From NCBI GenBank assembly GCA_015065455.1, contig SVQI01000004.1:12593-76592 (forward strand): a stretch of 64,000 bases of DNA, given 5' to 3'. Positions within the stretch are counted from its first letter, which is position 1; each line of letters begins with the position of its first letter. The notes beneath the pieces are model-generated. The model did not search any database, was not told the origin of the DNA, and worked only from the letters and a program-made list of their open reading frames with translations. Positions 9,502-18,949 of this stretch are shown one piece after another. The position numbers were made by a program, and so were the translations under genes. The stretch is from Oscillospiraceae bacterium (GTDB lineage Bacteria > Bacillota > Clostridia > Oscillospirales > CAG-272).

Positions 9502-9978
9502 TCACATACAGTATTTCTCCATATCATTTTCGAGGATGACCCGAATTTCATTTTCTGTTGAAACGGCTTCAGGATGTTTTCTTTGCTCGTATTCAATCTG
9601 TTTTTGTTCAGTAAGGAGGGGAAGAAGAAATATGTTTTGCTTGATGTTTATAGCCTCTTTAAGTGTAGATGTAAGCTCTTTTAAAGTTTTAGTGTCAACG
9701 TCCCCCTTTTTTGAAGAAGCCTCTGAGGCAGAAATGAAGGCGTTTTCTATAAGGGATTCCAAAGCATCCGAGGAACGCGCTAATCTTGAAACGTCAAGCG
9801 GTGGCATATCGGGAGAAGAATTATATTGCTTCCTTTTTTGAACCCAGTTGTTGTCCTTTGCATACTTTGCCAAAAGTCTTAATGGAATAGAATATTTGCT
9901 TGCCAGTGCGGCGTATGAGAGATTGGAGGATATATATTCATCTTCCGCTTTTTCGTAATCTAAAATTATGTTAATCAC
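9502..9978 (-). CDS. Terminase small subunit (start codon uncertain)
   Basis: N-terminal HTH (LSYAALASKYSIPLRLLAKYAKDNNW), helical core, immediately upstream of terL. Confidence 0.75.
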   Translation of the reverse strand: MINIILDYEKAEDEYISSNLSYAALASKYSIPLRLLAKYAKDNNWVQKRKQYNSSPDMPPLDVSRLARSSDALESLIENAFISASEASSKKGDVDTKTLKELTSTLKEAINIKQNIFLLPLLTEQKQIEYEQRKHPEAVSTENEIRVILENDMEKYCM

Positions 9979-10039
9979 CTCTCTTAAATAAAAAATTAAA
10001 TTGAAAAATAAAGGGTGTATAACTGTTTTGCTTGAAGAG

Positions 10040-10071
10040 TATTATATCAAATAATATATGTTTTCTCTCCC
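10040..10071 (-). promoter_or_regulatory. Putative module-specific promoter GGGAGAGA-N17-TATAATA for terS-terL-portal
   Basis: Minus strand reads GGGAGAGA aaacatatattatttga TATAATA; twin of 6055-6086. Confidence 0.65.
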
Positions 10072-10082
10072 CACGAGACGTA

Positions 10083-10111
10083 TTGACACTAAGTCGAAAA
10101 TGTGCTAAAAT
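10083..10111 (+). promoter_or_regulatory. Sigma-A promoter of gpsA
   Basis: TTGACA-N17-TAAAAT with extended TGn. Confidence 0.75.
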
Positions 10112-10158
10112 AGAGGATATAAAAGACAGAAAATATTCTCTTGTTTTTGGAGGAAAAT

Positions 10159-11112
10159 ATGGATATAACAGTAATCGGATGTGGCAGATGGGGTTCTTGT
10201 ATCGCGTGGTATCTTGACAAAATTGGCCATAACGTAACACTTTACGGAAACGATCTAAAACAGATCAGAGGAATAATGGAAACACGCACGAACGGAGTTG
10301 TGCAGTTTGGTGACAGAATAAATATTACCGATGAGATAGAGGTTGCCGCGAAGAATAAGACTACGGTAATTTCAATACCTTCACAGGCGGTAAGAGGATT
10401 GATGAAGGAGCTTCAGGCGTACGGAGCTTCAGAAAAAGAATACATACTTTGCATGAAGGGTATAGAGATCTCGACGGGAATGCGTTTGAGTGAAGTGGTA
10501 AGAGAGGCTACTACTCCTGAAACAAAGATAGCGGTTTGGATAGGTCCGGGACACGTAGAGGAATTCACAAAGGGAATACCCAACTGTATGGTAATTGACA
10601 GTGATAATAATGAATATAAAGAATATCTCGTATCACAGTTTTCAAGTGAGCTTATCCGTTTTTATTACGGTAAGGATCTTGTTGGAAATGAGATAGGAGC
10701 TGCTGCAAAGAACGTAATTGGTATTGCGGCAGGATTGCTTGACGGCAAGGGTTTATCATCGCTTAAGGGCGCTCTTATGGCAAGAGGTACGAGAGAAGTT
10801 GCGAGACTCATAACCGCTCTTGGAGGAAATGAGTTGTCTGCATACGGGCTTTGTCATTTGGGCGATTATGAAGCGACTTTGTTCTCCAAGTTCAGTCACA
10901 ACAGAATGTATGGAGAGATGTTTGCAAAGGGTGAACAGTACGGAAGTCTGGCAGAAGGTTATTATACAGTAAAGGCAATATTGAAATTGGCTGAAAAATA
11001 TAATGTTGACCTGCCTATTTGCGCGGCTGTATATGAAGTGTTATACAACGGAGCAGAGCCGGAAGCAGCGCTGAAGGCTTTGTTTACAAGATCTTTAAAG
11101 GGAGAATTTTAA
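10159..11112 (+). CDS. gpsA: NAD(P)H-dependent glycerol-3-phosphate dehydrogenase
   Basis: VIGCGRWG Rossmann motif, KGIE, AAKNVIGIA, LGDYEAT, SHNR; GGAGG RBS. Confidence 0.93.
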   Translation: MDITVIGCGRWGSCIAWYLDKIGHNVTLYGNDLKQIRGIMETRTNGVVQFGDRINITDEIEVAAKNKTTVISIPSQAVRGLMKELQAYGASEKEYILCMKGIEISTGMRLSEVVREATTPETKIAVWIGPGHVEEFTKGIPNCMVIDSDNNEYKEYLVSQFSSELIRFYYGKDLVGNEIGAAAKNVIGIAAGLLDGKGLSSLKGALMARGTREVARLITALGGNELSAYGLCHLGDYEATLFSKFSHNRMYGEMFAKGEQYGSLAEGYYTVKAILKLAEKYNVDLPICAAVYEVLYNGAEPEAALKALFTRSLKGEF

Positions 11113-11224
11113 CGTTATTTTCCGATTTTACCAAAAAGTTTGCAGTTACATTTTTAGTATTCATTGATTATAATATTAGTAACTATAATAGAGTTAGAGA
11201 TATTATAAAAGGGTGAGTGAGAAA

Positions 11225-11842
11225 ATGGAGCTGATTCTCATTAGCGAATCAAAACTGAAGATAATGCTGACAGCGGATGATATGGAGAATTACGACATAT
11301 CAAACGAGCAGATGACTTACGAGAAGAAGGAAACCAGGCGGGTTTTTGAAAAGCTTCTTGATGAGGCGAGAGAAAAGACGGGATTTGACAGTAGTTCGGA
11401 GCGTATTTTTATACAGGTATATCCGTCCAAGAACGGTGGGTGTGAAGTGTACGTAACGCTGAACACAGAGGGAAAGCAGGAAAGGAAACAAAGAGAGAAG
11501 AGTACTGCACCGAAAAACAAAAAGGAGTATTGTGTATATTTGTTTGAGAATATAGACGATGCTTTATCAGCTTGTTGCGTTTTGCGGAAAATCGGATACA
11601 AGAATGAAAGTTCGCTTTATTCAGAGCAAAAAGGGAAGGCACAGGTCAAATATTACCTTGTTTTGCAGGAAGATGTTATACAAAATACACAGGGCAGAAA
11701 AAGAAGAAACGTAAGCAAAAGCGATCTTGCGAACGAGTATGGGAAAAAACTTGCAAGCAAGGAGTGGATGCTTTACATAAGAGAGCACGGAAAAGCTATT
11801 GTTGAGAAAAATGCAGTTCAGACTATGAGTGTGCTCAGATAA
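11225..11842 (+). CDS. mecA: Adaptor protein MecA family
   Basis: MELILISESKLKIMLT start, IFIQVYPSKNGGCEVYVT, C-terminal IREHGKAIVEKNAV. Confidence 0.8.
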   Translation: MELILISESKLKIMLTADDMENYDISNEQMTYEKKETRRVFEKLLDEAREKTGFDSSSERIFIQVYPSKNGGCEVYVTLNTEGKQERKQREKSTAPKNKKEYCVYLFENIDDALSACCVLRKIGYKNESSLYSEQKGKAQVKYYLVLQEDVIQNTQGRKRRNVSKSDLANEYGKKLASKEWMLYIREHGKAIVEKNAVQTMSVLR

Positions 11843-11861
11843 GTAAAGAGGGACAGAAAAT

Positions 11862-12437
11862 ATGCCGAATACTGAAACAAGCAAGAAGTGGGAAGAACTC
11901 GAAAAAAGATGTAAAAATTGCACAAGGTGTTCTTTGTCGGAGACGAGAACGAACGTTGTTTTTGGCACAGGAAGCAGAGATGCTGAAATAATGTTTATAG
12001 GAGAAGCTCCGGGAGAGAAAGAGGATCTGAGCGGAGTTCCGTTTGTGGGAGCTGCGGGAAAGATGCTCGATAAGTATCTTTATGCTGTTGATATAGACAG
12101 AGATAAGGTGTACATAGCTAATATGTTGAAATGCCGCCCGCCGAAGAACAGAGACCCTAAGGAAGACGAACAAGATCTGTGTATAGAATATCTTCGTGAA
12201 CAGGTAAGACTGATAAATCCGAGAATTATAGTGTGTCTTGGCAGGATATCAGCTAAAAGACTGATAAAGCAGGATTTTATGATAACAAAAGAACATGGAG
12301 AGTTTTACGAAAAGAACGGGTTCACTATATGTGCGGTATATCACCCCTCGGCTTTGTTGCACGATCCTAGAAAAAAGGAAGATATGCTTATTGACATGCA
12401 GAAGATAAAGAAGAAACTTGATGAAGTTCAGAGATAA
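11862..12437 (+). CDS. Uracil-DNA glycosylase, family 4
   Basis: CxxC..C Fe-S ligands, GEAPG, KCRPP, YHPS. Confidence 0.93.
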   Translation: MPNTETSKKWEELEKRCKNCTRCSLSETRTNVVFGTGSRDAEIMFIGEAPGEKEDLSGVPFVGAAGKMLDKYLYAVDIDRDKVYIANMLKCRPPKNRDPKEDEQDLCIEYLREQVRLINPRIIVCLGRISAKRLIKQDFMITKEHGEFYEKNGFTICAVYHPSALLHDPRKKEDMLIDMQKIKKKLDEVQR

Positions 12438-12478
12438 AATGTTTTGAATAATACATAGTGAAATTGAACTAAAATCGG

Positions 12479-12504
12479 ATGCACCCCAAAAGTTTGGGGT
12501 GCAT
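12479..12504 (+). terminator. Palindrome, probable terminator after UDG
   Basis: ATGCACCCCAAA-AG-TTTGGGGTGCAT followed by a T-rich tract. Confidence 0.55.
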
Positions 12505-12556
12505 TAATTTTTATAGGAAAATGTGTGCATTATAATATAATAATTAACAGAAAAAC

Positions 12557-12585
12557 TTGACAATATAAGCTATATAATGTACAAT
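12557..12585 (+). promoter_or_regulatory. Sigma-A promoter
   Basis: TTGACA-N17-TACAAT. Confidence 0.6.
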
Positions 12586-12624
12586 AGATATGTATATAAT
12601 TTGAACTTCCAACGGAGGACGTTT

Positions 12625-15600
12625 ATGAAAAGATTTTATATATTTATGTCAATGGCGTTGATTGCAGTAATTGTTGCAGCACTGTCAGTTATGAATTTTT
12701 CTGCATCGGCAGCAACGCTCGAAGTATACAGTGATGTTGTTTTTGTTTCCGACAACGCTACCGAAGGCGGAGATGGAAAGACAGCGAATACTCCACTCTA
12801 TCCATCCAATTTAAAGGAAACGGTTGCTGGCAACAACACCTATCAACTTTCTAATCTTTACCAAGCTGCAGAAAAATTGCTTGACAAAGGTGGAACAATA
12901 GTTGTGTGCGGACCTGTTGTTATTGACGGTGATGATTGCCAGATAAGTTCTAGTACTACGTTTAGAGATTTCTATTTCCCCGGTGGGACCAAGCCTATTG
13001 TTATAACAAGTGTATATGACGGTGTTGATTACAGCAAACCGGAAAACGGCGGTGCTTACCTCGCCATTAAACAACCTGCAGAAATCAGACTTGGAACTGA
13101 TACTGAATTCAATAATATTTCCATAAATGTTGAAGGAAATATGAGATGTATCTTTGCAAACGGAAATAAGCTTGTTATGGGTGATAATGTTACTACATCA
13201 GTCAATAACACAGATGCTTATAAGTCTAACTTGTCTATTTGCGGTGGTATAAGATTTGGTGATTTTACAGGAAATACTGATATTACAATTATGTCGGGAA
13301 CGTACAGTAATATTTGCGGTGCAGGATATTCAAGCGTAGAGGGGCCGTCTCATTATGTCGGTGATACAAAGATTACAATTAAGGGTGGTACTATAAAAGG
13401 TAATATCTGTGGAGGTAACCCTTTTGACTTTATAGCAGATAATAATAAGGTGCCTTGGACACAGGAAGGTGACGTTCAAATTGATGTTTACGGCGGTGTT
13501 ATAGAAAGGCCGATATTATTAACCGGACAGGGCGGTTTTTCTACAAATGATAACAATGTAAAGATCAATATATATGGCGGAACCGGAACGTTTACTACTG
13601 CATCCGCAAAAATTGAAAACGCTCCTAATTCAGCATCTGTATCAAACTATTTACCGTCAAATGTGTACTTGAATCTTTCAAATACAGGTTTGACAGACAG
13701 TTTGATTAACAACTTTATCAACAACGCCACCGCGGCGATGTTTGATATTACATATCCTGCGTCATGGATCACAAGCGGAAGCTGGACGGTTAAGCCTAAG
13801 ACACCTTCGGTTGTTTTAAATAACGAAACCCTTACAGCAGAAGGCGCTGTTTTATCTGTAACATATAAAAACGGTAAGACGAAGACGATTACCTATAACC
13901 CTGAAGATAAGGCTTTTGAAACAACGTGTAATACAGGGGTAATTGGAACACAAACAGTAACGTATAAGTACGGAACACTTTCTTGTTCAGATACAGTTAA
14001 AGTGGTTAAAACTCCCAGCCTTGTGGTAGAGGGGGCAAAAATAAGAGTTGACAGAACAGATTATACCCAGGGACTTCGTTTTGTTGTAAACCAAACGGGT
14101 GATTTGCAATCCGGCATGGTAATAGCTGAACGCGGTGTGATTGCAGTTCCGTTTGATATAATCAATGATGAAACAAAACTTAATTTTGAAACAATGGCGG
14201 GAATGAATGTTCTTACCCCCAATGTTTCAAGAGGAGATTACGACGAAGAAACCGGTTACACTTGTACAATATACGATATTCCGCTTAACCGTTTTAATAT
14301 TGATTATATTGTGAAAGCTTATATGAAGCTTTCGTATGAAGGTGAGACATACTACGTTTATTCAGATGCAGTGAGAAGAAACCCATATAAGATCGCGCAG
14401 CAGGCAGCGGCTCAGAATTCTGTTGAAACGGCTGAAATAAAGGATTATCTTCAGACTAATGTTATAAATGCTTATGAAAGTTACAAAGTGCCGGAACGTG
14501 TAACGTCAGGCACATTAACCACTGTTGGATATGCAGATTCGACTGCTCTCAGACAGAAGGTTGTCGATTATATGGAAGCTCAAATGAATATTAAGTGGAC
14601 CCCTAAGGAAACGTTCAGAATATATAACACGGGTTCAGAGGGCGTAGGCATTAATATGATATTTGAGAAAGGGAAGACCTATTACGGATTACCCTATACC
14701 AACTTTAAATCTTCGCAGAACGAATCATTTATCAAGTTTATGAACGGTGTAGACAGCAACGGTAACATGATATTGGATTTTGATTTAATGAAACAAAGCG
14801 GATATGATGTTAACCCCTGTTCTACAACTGATACAGTCACATCAAAAACAAACTATAATAACTTTCCGGGTTCGGACTGTTCAACAGCGGTTATTACGTC
14901 TTGGAATTCGGTTATAAACAACAGACTTAGCATGCAAGAAGTTAACGGAACCGCCAACTTGATTCCCGGAAAGGTTCCTAATATAATTCCCGTTGGTAAC
15001 TACAAATATCTGGATGATAGCGGACGTGCTTATGATAACACAAACAGAATAATAAGCGCTAATAGTGCTGATGAGATCTATGCATCTTATGATTTGTTAC
15101 AGCCCGGAGATGCAGTTATCGAATACAGAGGTAGCGGACACGTAAGAATGGTTGTTGAAGTTGATAAAGTAAACAAAACGGTCACAACTATAGAGTGTGC
15201 AAGCTGGGGTATTCCTAATGCTACTGTATCAAGCATAAGCGGATCTCAATATTATACAGACAATAATACTTGTTGGAGAAGACTTACGTACAGCTATTCA
15301 AGTTTAAGATCAAGCAACTATATTCCGATAACTATTCCTGAGCTTGTAACGGGACACAGTGACAAAGAAATGACGGTTGTAACAGATTTGTCGCTGGATA
15401 AAGATCTTCCTGAAATGAAGCTTAATGGTACTGTTATATCAAATAAACAGATTGTATATCTGGAAGCAGAAGTAACAGACGGAAGTAACACACAGAAGGT
15501 GTACTATAAATTAAACAAATCAACAAAATTTGGAACAGTATACGCGTTCTATACTGATTTGGATAAGATGGACTTCTCTGAAGTACAGCTCAATAGTGGT

Positions 15601-15687
15601 ACAGAATACGGATTTACATTAAAAGTCTGTGTTCCCGGAAAAGAACCATATAATTTAATTGATAATTATAGATTTACAGCAAAATAA
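12625..15687 (+). CDS. Large secreted protein with C-terminal NlpC/P60 (papain-like) domain, paralog 1
   Basis: GGAGG RBS, signal peptide, Gly-rich beta repeats, Ig-like part, YYGLPYT...GSDCS...LQPGDAV...GHVRMV...TIECA. Confidence 0.75.
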   Translation: MKRFYIFMSMALIAVIVAALSVMNFSASAATLEVYSDVVFVSDNATEGGDGKTANTPLYPSNLKETVAGNNTYQLSNLYQAAEKLLDKGGTIVVCGPVVIDGDDCQISSSTTFRDFYFPGGTKPIVITSVYDGVDYSKPENGGAYLAIKQPAEIRLGTDTEFNNISINVEGNMRCIFANGNKLVMGDNVTTSVNNTDAYKSNLSICGGIRFGDFTGNTDITIMSGTYSNICGAGYSSVEGPSHYVGDTKITIKGGTIKGNICGGNPFDFIADNNKVPWTQEGDVQIDVYGGVIERPILLTGQGGFSTNDNNVKINIYGGTGTFTTASAKIENAPNSASVSNYLPSNVYLNLSNTGLTDSLINNFINNATAAMFDITYPASWITSGSWTVKPKTPSVVLNNETLTAEGAVLSVTYKNGKTKTITYNPEDKAFETTCNTGVIGTQTVTYKYGTLSCSDTVKVVKTPSLVVEGAKIRVDRTDYTQGLRFVVNQTGDLQSGMVIAERGVIAVPFDIINDETKLNFETMAGMNVLTPNVSRGDYDEETGYTCTIYDIPLNRFNIDYIVKAYMKLSYEGETYYVYSDAVRRNPYKIAQQAAAQNSVETAEIKDYLQTNVINAYESYKVPERVTSGTLTTVGYADSTALRQKVVDYMEAQMNIKWTPKETFRIYNTGSEGVGINMIFEKGKTYYGLPYTNFKSSQNESFIKFMNGVDSNGNMILDFDLMKQSGYDVNPCSTTDTVTSKTNYNNFPGSDCSTAVITSWNSVINNRLSMQEVNGTANLIPGKVPNIIPVGNYKYLDDSGRAYDNTNRIISANSADEIYASYDLLQPGDAVIEYRGSGHVRMVVEVDKVNKTVTTIECASWGIPNATVSSISGSQYYTDNNTCWRRLTYSYSSLRSSNYIPITIPELVTGHSDKEMTVVTDLSLDKDLPEMKLNGTVISNKQIVYLEAEVTDGSNTQKVYYKLNKSTKFGTVYAFYTDLDKMDFSEVQLNSGTEYGFTLKVCVPGKEPYNLIDNYRFTAK

Positions 15688-15700
15688 GTAAAAATAAAAC

Positions 15701-15733
15701 GACTCTCATCTAGTATGATGGGAGTCTTTTTTT
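15701..15733 (+). terminator. Intrinsic terminator
   Basis: GACTCTCATC-TAGTAT-GATGGGAGTC plus T run. Confidence 0.8.
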
Positions 15734-15833
15734 TGTGGAAATACAGTTTTGTTTCTAAATAACAAATGTTGTGACTTGAATTTGTTAATAATAACAAAAA
15801 ATATAAAATATGGAAAAAAATAACAAAAAAGTA

Positions 15834-15862
15834 TTGACTAACCAATTGAGTTTGTGTAAAAT
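15834..15862 (+). promoter_or_regulatory. Sigma-A promoter
   Basis: TTGACT-N17-TAAAAT. Confidence 0.55.
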
Positions 15863-15901
15863 AATATCGAGCTCACAAATAAATACAAATGGAGGATGTT
15901 T

Positions 15902-18900
15902 ATGAAAAGGTTTTATGCATTTATGTCAACGGCGATGATTGTTGTCCTTATTGCAGCGATCTCGGCCATGACATTTCCCACAGCAGCAACGGTTGAAGTT
16001 TCCGATAACGTTGTTTTTATTTCAGACAACGCTACCCAGGGCGGAGATGGAAAGACAGCAAATACTCCTCTTTATCCATCAACCGAAAGACAAGCCATGG
16101 TTAACGATTCAACCAATTCACAGTATTACAACAAAAAATACTATCTGACAGCGCTCTATCAGGCAGCAGAAAAACTTGTTAATACAGGAGGAACGATTGT
16201 AATATGCGGTCCTGTTGTTATTGACGGTAATGACAGCTACGGTTCAAGCAGTTCAAACAGAGACTTTATAATGCCTGAGTCAGATAAACCCATTGTAATT
16301 ACTAGTCTTTATAATGGTGTAAACTATAGGACAAACGGTTCGGGAGCATATTTAGGCATTTCTGAACCTGCGCAAATTACACTTGGCGCTCCTACTGAAT
16401 TTAACAATCTTGCTATTAAGACAACGGGTACACTCAGAGCTATTTGTGCAAACGGAAACAAAATTGTAATGGGACAGGGTATTGATTCTTCCAACACAAG
16501 CGGTACAAATAATTCAAGTACTCTCGTATCAATTGTAGGCGGTACAAGATACAATAATTTTACCGGTGATACTGACATAACAATCAAGTCAGGAAAATTT
16601 GCTAACATTTGCGGATCAATGTGGACAAACGGTGCTTCCGGTGTTGTATATAAACACACTGGTAACGTAAAAATAAGCATCGAGGGCGGAATTATTAACG
16701 GTTATGTGTGCGGTGGCTCAAACAGAGCTATTGATGCAACACTGGACGGTGACGTACAGATCGATCTTTATGCGGGCGCTACATTCGGTCAGCAGATATA
16801 TGCAACAGGAAAGGGACGTTTTGCGACTGAAGGACATACAGTAGAAATAAACGTATACGGCGGATCATTCTACAATTCATCGGCAAAGGTTTCCCGTTGG
16901 TATTCAACAGTATCTAACTATGCTGCAGGCGAATATCGCTTGAATATATCTAATGCATCATTGACTGCAAAATCAAGCGGAAGCTCAGCTAATTTGTTGC
17001 TTGACACATTTATAACAAGCGCAACAGGTTTTGATATTACATATCCTGCAGCTTGGATTACAAGTTTAAATATGACCAATTCTCCCGTAACTCCCGATTC
17101 TGTATTGAGAAAAGAAAGCCTTACAGCAGAGGGCGCAGAATTGTTGGTTAGCTATCTTAACAACTACAACAACACAACTGCTTATACGGATAAAGTGGTA
17201 AAATACAATTCCGCAGACAAAGCATTCGTGACAACTTGCGATACAACAACTGCAGGAACCAAGACAGTTACTTATAAATACGGAACGACTACTTACCATA
17301 CTGATACGGTAAACGTAATAGATATTCCTGATTTGACACTTGACAGCACGGCAAAAATTGTAACTGACGGAAGTTCGCAGGGAATACGTTTTACAGCAAA
17401 TTATACCAATGCTTTACAGAATGGAATGACAATAGAGGAATACGGTATAATTTCTGTCGGATCTGATATATTGAATGACGAAACAAAGCTTAATTTTGAA
17501 AAGACAACAGGTATGACTGTTCTGACACCTCAGGCTGATGACATTAATGAAGCAACGTCTAACGGTTTCAGATACTCTTGCACAGTAGAAAATATTCCTT
17601 TAAACAGAGCGAAAGTAGATTATATCGCAAAAGCGTATATGAAATTATCGTATAATGGAGAAATATATTATATTTATTCCAACGCTGTAAGAAATAACGT
17701 ATACGAGCTCGCAAAGGCTGCTATAGCAGGGACAGAGGTAACACAGGAGATTAAGACATATCTTCAGAATAGTGTTGTAAGCGCATTCGATAGCTATGAC
17801 GTAACACAAAATTATGTAAATTCATCAGCTCTCAGAGCTCAGGTTGTGGCATATATGAGAGAACAGATGAATATAGAGTGGACTCCCAGTGAAGATTTTT
17901 GGATATACAACGGAACAGGGCAGAGCGTAAGCACAAATCTGTTCTTCGAAGCAGGAAAGACGTACAAGGGACTTCCTTATACAAACTATAAATCTGCGCA
18001 GGCAGAATCGTTCTCAAAGTTTATAGTAAACGGCGTGCTTGACTTATCCAAGATAGACGGTGTTAACGGATGTACAAAGTCCGATAATACAACAGGAACT
18101 GCAAACTACAATAATTTTCCCGGTTCAGACTGTTCGACATCAGTTATAACGTCGTGGAACACGGTTATAAATAACAGATCGAGCATGGAATTGGTCAACG
18201 GTACAAAGAATATGCTTCCCGGAAATAATATGGATATCATTCCTATAGGTGATTATGAATACGATTATGCAACGTATCAGGATAATACTTATAGTATGAC
18301 ACAGGATTCCGTAAACGGAGCAAAGGTGCTTCAGGCATACGATATGTTACAGCCCGGTGATGCGATAGTTCATTATAAGGATTCGTGGGGACACGTAAGA
18401 TTGGTTGTTGAAGTTGATACCGAAAACAGAACGGTGACCACAATAGAGTGCGCGAACTGGTCAATTCCGAATTGTACTGTAACGTCAGGAAACGGAACAA
18501 CACAGAGTTATACAGATAACAATACTTGTTGGAGAGAGCTTGAATACGGTTATGATTATCTGATACAGACAGGTTATATTCCGATAACAATTCCCGAGCT
18601 TGTAACAGGATATAGTGACGAAGAAACCACAGTTGTAACAGATTTGTCATTGGATGCAGATCTTCCCGAAAAAGCGCTTAACGGCACTGTTATTTCAAAC
18701 AGACAGATAATATATATGGAGGCAGAAATATCAGACGGAGCATCTGTTCAGACAGTTTATTACAAGGTAAAGAAGCCTACAAAATTTGGAACAGTATATG
18801 CATCAAACGTAGACTTGTCACAGGTTGACTTGTCGGGAATTACACTGAATGCAGGAACAGAATATACGTTTACTTTGAAAGTGTGCGTATCGGGTTCTGG

Positions 18901-18943
18901 GGTGTTAAGTCCTATTTCAAATTATGAGTTTATAGCAAACTAA
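15902..18943 (+). CDS. Large secreted protein with C-terminal NlpC/P60-like domain, paralog 2
   Basis: Collinear with 12625-15687; YKGLPYT...GSDCS...LQPGDAI...GHVRLV...TIECA. Confidence 0.75.
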   Translation: MKRFYAFMSTAMIVVLIAAISAMTFPTAATVEVSDNVVFISDNATQGGDGKTANTPLYPSTERQAMVNDSTNSQYYNKKYYLTALYQAAEKLVNTGGTIVICGPVVIDGNDSYGSSSSNRDFIMPESDKPIVITSLYNGVNYRTNGSGAYLGISEPAQITLGAPTEFNNLAIKTTGTLRAICANGNKIVMGQGIDSSNTSGTNNSSTLVSIVGGTRYNNFTGDTDITIKSGKFANICGSMWTNGASGVVYKHTGNVKISIEGGIINGYVCGGSNRAIDATLDGDVQIDLYAGATFGQQIYATGKGRFATEGHTVEINVYGGSFYNSSAKVSRWYSTVSNYAAGEYRLNISNASLTAKSSGSSANLLLDTFITSATGFDITYPAAWITSLNMTNSPVTPDSVLRKESLTAEGAELLVSYLNNYNNTTAYTDKVVKYNSADKAFVTTCDTTTAGTKTVTYKYGTTTYHTDTVNVIDIPDLTLDSTAKIVTDGSSQGIRFTANYTNALQNGMTIEEYGIISVGSDILNDETKLNFEKTTGMTVLTPQADDINEATSNGFRYSCTVENIPLNRAKVDYIAKAYMKLSYNGEIYYIYSNAVRNNVYELAKAAIAGTEVTQEIKTYLQNSVVSAFDSYDVTQNYVNSSALRAQVVAYMREQMNIEWTPSEDFWIYNGTGQSVSTNLFFEAGKTYKGLPYTNYKSAQAESFSKFIVNGVLDLSKIDGVNGCTKSDNTTGTANYNNFPGSDCSTSVITSWNTVINNRSSMELVNGTKNMLPGNNMDIIPIGDYEYDYATYQDNTYSMTQDSVNGAKVLQAYDMLQPGDAIVHYKDSWGHVRLVVEVDTENRTVTTIECANWSIPNCTVTSGNGTTQSYTDNNTCWRELEYGYDYLIQTGYIPITIPELVTGYSDEETTVVTDLSLDADLPEKALNGTVISNRQIIYMEAEISDGASVQTVYYKVKKPTKFGTVYASNVDLSQVDLSGITLNAGTEYTFTLKVCVSGSGVLSPISNYEFIAN

Positions 18944-18949
18944 ATATAA

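Larger units (their letters stand above)
1..9978 (-). mobile_element. Phage-derived packaging/virion module (podovirus-like); GTA-like element or defective prophage, continuing past the left window edge
   Basis: Co-oriented terS-terL-portal-scaffold-capsid-adaptor-nozzle-fibre order with tight spacing; no integrase, repressor or replication genes between terS and gpsA. Confidence 0.9.

Noticed and set aside
9971-10240. 89-aa minus-strand ORF upstream of terS as a possible phage regulator
   Set aside because: Antisense to the gpsA start, spans both promoters, no RBS or recognisable domain
11862-12437. UDG as a phage accessory gene
   Set aside because: Ordinary family-4 UDG in a host gpsA-mecA-udg run on the opposite strand
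12625-18943. NlpC/P60-like pair as the lysis genes of the virion module
   Set aside because: Separated by core genes, have sigma-A promoters and Sec signals, lack the GGGAGAGA motif; no evidence of linkage
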